This document shows, one piece after another, positions 60,656-64,000 of a stretch of DNA of 64,000 nucleotides; position 1 is the stretch's first letter, and each line of letters starts with the position of its first letter. The notes below the pieces were generated by a model. It did not search any database and was not told where the DNA came from. It was given only the letters and a program-made list of their open reading frames with translations. The stretch spans positions 3,546-67,545 of the forward strand of contig NIVC01003957.1 in NCBI GenBank assembly GCA_002269645.1, written 5' to 3'. The DNA is from Macrostomum lignano. Its lineage: Eukaryota. The position numbers and the translations under genes were made by a program.

Positions 60656-61244
60656 CAGTTAGCCAACCTCGTCGATGCTTGTCCAAGAAGCCTCGCCACG
60701 TCGGAACGCGTGCACCATGACCTTCCAGTTGCCCATGATGTCAGTGTCCGTGTTGACGTACGCCACCAGCCGCCTGTCAGCCCGGCGCAGCTCCTCGTCC
60801 AGCCACTCAGCGCTGCCGATGAGGTTCCACTCCTCGGCGTCCCAGCTGCAGGCCAGCAGGGTCCGTCTGGGCCGCCAGCCGGTCCGCTGCAGCTCCGCCA
60901 GGGCGCGGGTGATCACCAGCAGGGAGCTGACGCCGCTGTGCGGGTCCAGCGCCCCGGAATGCCAGGCGTCTCGGTGGCCGCCGAGCAGCACGACCTGTCC
61001 GGCTCCACCGCGCCCTTCACCTCCGTGCAGATGTCCCGGATGGGCAGCAGGCCGCGGCGCATCGGCCAGCGGATGCGGAGCCGTCGCAGTTGCCTCGGCG
61101 AGCCGGCGGCCGACGACTTGGCGAAGTCGCGCAGCTGACGGGCGTCGGCCGCCGAAATCGGGATGGCCGGCTGGCTGGGCGGCGGTGGATCGAATTTGCT
61201 GCGGACTGCGAAGGCCTGCAGGTTTGGCAGTTGAAAATCATAGG

Positions 61245-62225
61245 ACTTGGGATTTGGGATTCCCGATTTCTCGATTCGATCGTGTGGAATTCGGATTTAG
61301 GATTTAGGATTTGGGATTCGGGATTTGGGATTGAGGATTTCGGATTCGGTATTGGGAATTTGAGAATCGGGACTTGAAATTTGAGATTCGGGATTTGGGA
61401 TTCGGGATTCGACTTAGAGATTGAAAATTCGGGATTTGGATTTGGGATTTGGGATTCGGGATTTGGGATTCGGGATTTGGAATTCGGGATTTAGGATGCG
61501 GGATCTAGGATTAGGTACTGGGGATTTGAGAATCGGGACTTGAAATTTGAGATTTAAGATTTGAGATTTGGGATTCGGGATTCGGGATTTGAGATTCGGG
61601 ATTCGACTTAGTGATTGAGAATTCGTGATTTGGGATTTGGGATTCGGGATTTGAGATTTGAGATTCGGGATTTAGGATTCGGTATTGGGGATTTGAGAAT
61701 CGGGCTTGAAATTTGAGATTTGGGACTTGAAATTTGAGATTTGGGATTTGGGATTCGGGATTCGACTTAGAGATTGAGAATTCGGATTCGGGATTCGGGA
61801 TTTGGGATTCGGATTTGGGATTCGGGATTTGGGATTCGGGATTTGGGATTCGGGATTTGGGATTCGGGATTTGGGATTCGGATTTGGGATTCGGGATTTG
61901 GGATTCGGATTTGGGATTCGGGATTTGGGATTCGGGATTTGGGATTCGGGATTTGGGATTCGGGATTTGGGATTCGGGATTTGGGATTCGGGATTTGGGA
62001 TTCGGGATTTGGATTCGGGATTTGGGATTCGGGATTTGGGATTCGGGATTTGGGATTCGGGATTTGGGATTCGGGATTTGGGATTCGGGATTTGGGATTC
62101 GGGATTTGGGATTCGGGATTTGGGATTCGGGATTTGGGATTCGGATTTGGGATTCGGGATTTCGGATTCGGGATTTCTGATTTTGGATTTGGAATTCGGG
62201 ATTCAGAATTCAAGATTTATAATTG
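61245..62225. repeat. (GGGATTCGGGATTT)n 7/14-bp G-run satellite, GCPII-like intron 2
   Basis: Direct reading. Confidence 0.95.
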
Positions 62226-62499
62226 GGATCGATGATTCAGAAGTTCTGACATGCAGAGCAGCACGGCCAACCTTTGACGGATACATGGGAGTAGTCGGAT
62301 CGCCCTTGATGGCCGTGGCCAAGGTAGACTTCATCCAGATCAGGGTGTCGGGCACCCCTGGGCCGTCCGGGTAGATGGCCACGCCCGGCCGCGGCTCTGG
62401 AGCCAACTTCTTCAGCAGGCCGGCCGTCATGCCGAGCACGCTTGAGTTGACAGCTGCCGAGCTCGGTGAGCTGGCGCCAGCCTTGAGGTTGGCAAGCGG

Positions 62500-63140
62500 T
62501 GGGATTATTGGGATTAAAGTGGGATTCTTGGATTACAGTGGGATTATTGGGATTACAGTGCGTTATTAGGATTATAGTGGGATTATTGGATTAAAGTGGG
62601 ATTATTGGGGATTACAGTGGGGTTATTGGGGATTAAAGTGGGATTATTGGGGATTACAGTGGGGTTATTGGGGATTAAAGTGGGATTATTGGGGATTACA
62701 GTGGGGTTATTGGGGATTAAAGTGGGATTATTGGGATTACAGTGGGATTATTGGGGATAACAGTGGGGTTATTGGATTAAAGTGGGATTATTGGGGATTA
62801 CAGTGGGGTTATTGGGGATTAAAGTGGGATTATTGGGGATTACAGTGGGATTATTGGGGATTGCCGTAGGATCGTTGCGGATTGCAGTGGGATTATTTGG
62901 GGATTACAGTGAGATTATTGGGGATTACAGTGGGATTATTGGGGATTACAGTGGGATTATTAGGATTACAGTAGGATCATTGCGGATTGCAGTGGGGATT
63001 ATCGGGGATTACAGTGGGGATTATCGGGGATTACAGTGGGATTATTGGGGATTGCAGTGGGATTATTGGGGATTACAATGGGATTGTTGGATTGCAGTGG
63101 GATCATTGGGGATTATAGTGGGATTATTGGGGATTACCGT
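62500..63140. repeat. ~22-bp GGGATTACAGTGGGATTATTG minisatellite, GCPII-like intron 1
   Basis: Direct reading. Confidence 0.9.
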
Positions 63141-64000
63141 TGAGTAAATAATACGAAAAGTGATTAAGGATTGAAACGGCCTAACTCCAGCCCGACGTCC
63201 ACCAGCACCACAATGTCCGCCAGCTGCTGGCGCAGGTTGTCGTCGGAAGTCCACGCCACCAGCTGGGCGAGCTGGTCCTCGGTAGCCACACTGTAGCTGC
63301 CGTTCAGAGCCTCCGTGTACGGCACTATGGAGGGCAGGGCGCCGACCACCCCGTCCTCGGGCGTCAGCGGCGGGTCCAGCCGGAGCTTCTCGTCGCACAG
63401 CTCGGCCGAAGACGAGTTCTGCGCCGCCTGGCGGCAGAGGAAAACGCCGACCTGATTCTGCGGCACCTCGCCGGTGCTCAGGAAGCTCAGCGCCACTGAG
63501 TAGGTCCGGTTCAGCACGGCAGGCCCTGGCCGCGCCACTGGCCGCTACATAGTCCGCGTGGAACCCGGCGTCGGGACTGCTGCTCGCGACTGCCGGCTGG
63601 CCAAGATGGTCACGTGACCCTCCAGCTCCTTCGGCGAGTTGGCCAGCCCCGCAGCCGAGCCCGGTTGGCCGCCAGCTGTCCGCCGTCCGGCCAGAAGCTT
63701 CGGCCGGCATCGCTGGCTGGCGAGCCGGGGTGGACGCGGGTGGCGAGCAGGGTGACGGCAAAGCTGATGAGGCAGCCAGCACGAAGGCGCACAGGGCCAC
63801 CCGCGGGACACTGTCGACACCTCCGCTGACCCCGCCGCTGCTGCCGCCGCCGCCGCCGCGACGGAGGCCGGCCGTTTCTGTGTCGTCCCGGCCGCGACAC
63901 CAGCGTGGCGTCGTCTTCGACCATCTCGGCGGCCTCATAGGACGCCTGCGGTGCGCAGGCGGCTGCCGCTGCAGCTGGGTTGGAAAACTGTCAGCTGATG

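Larger units (their letters stand above)
59055..63924 (-). pseudogene. Glutamate carboxypeptidase II / NAALADase-like type II membrane M28B peptidase with ~8 frameshifts (pseudogene or assembly indels). Exons ~63183-63924, 62272-62481, 60668-61215, 59055-59841
   Basis: TM segment VALCAFVL/GCLISFAVTLLA; IYPDG...GDPTTPMYP; GAVEPDR/VVLLGGHRDAWHSGALDP; WRPRRTLLACSWDAEEWNLIGSAEW; AYVNTD; LYHSRYDT; TfR-like tail RMANDKLMEVQQAF. Exon 3 is 1 nt and exon 4 is 2 nt short of an intact frame. Confidence 0.8.

Noticed and set aside
61245-62225. Interstitial telomere
   Set aside because: The unit is GGGATT(C/T), not TTAGGG or TTTAGGG.

Overview
Eukaryotic (metazoan) genomic DNA with GC-rich exons, very AT-rich intergenic DNA and a different minisatellite in most introns. 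The style suggests a free-living flatworm such as Macrostomum (inference, not shown by the sequence). Manually spliced protein-coding loci: a 15-exon fibrillar collagen (+, 2320-19464, 1429 aa), intronless SSUH2 (-), an 8-exon ammonium transporter (+), 2-exon GOLGA7 (-), 5-exon argininosuccinate synthase (-), an A20/AN1 zinc-finger gene (-), an orphan polyQ/polyS/polyA ORF (+) and a frameshifted M28B glutamate carboxypeptidase II-like gene (-). Also one tRNA-Glu(CTC), a full-length Ty3/gypsy (Mag-like) element with identical 158-bp LTRs in collagen intron 12, a decayed gypsy fragment and several MITE/Tc1-mariner derivatives. Most notable: the collagen has a Thr-rich mucin-like exon, 9 N-glycosylation sequons in its helix, a 16-residue helix break and a C-propeptide lacking Cys2/Cys3. 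Intronic minisatellites amplify AP-1 or splice-site-like motifs, TAGGCCTA is strongly enriched at 49.6-52.4 kb, and there is a perfect 83-nt palindrome. All gene models are by eye and need transcript confirmation.
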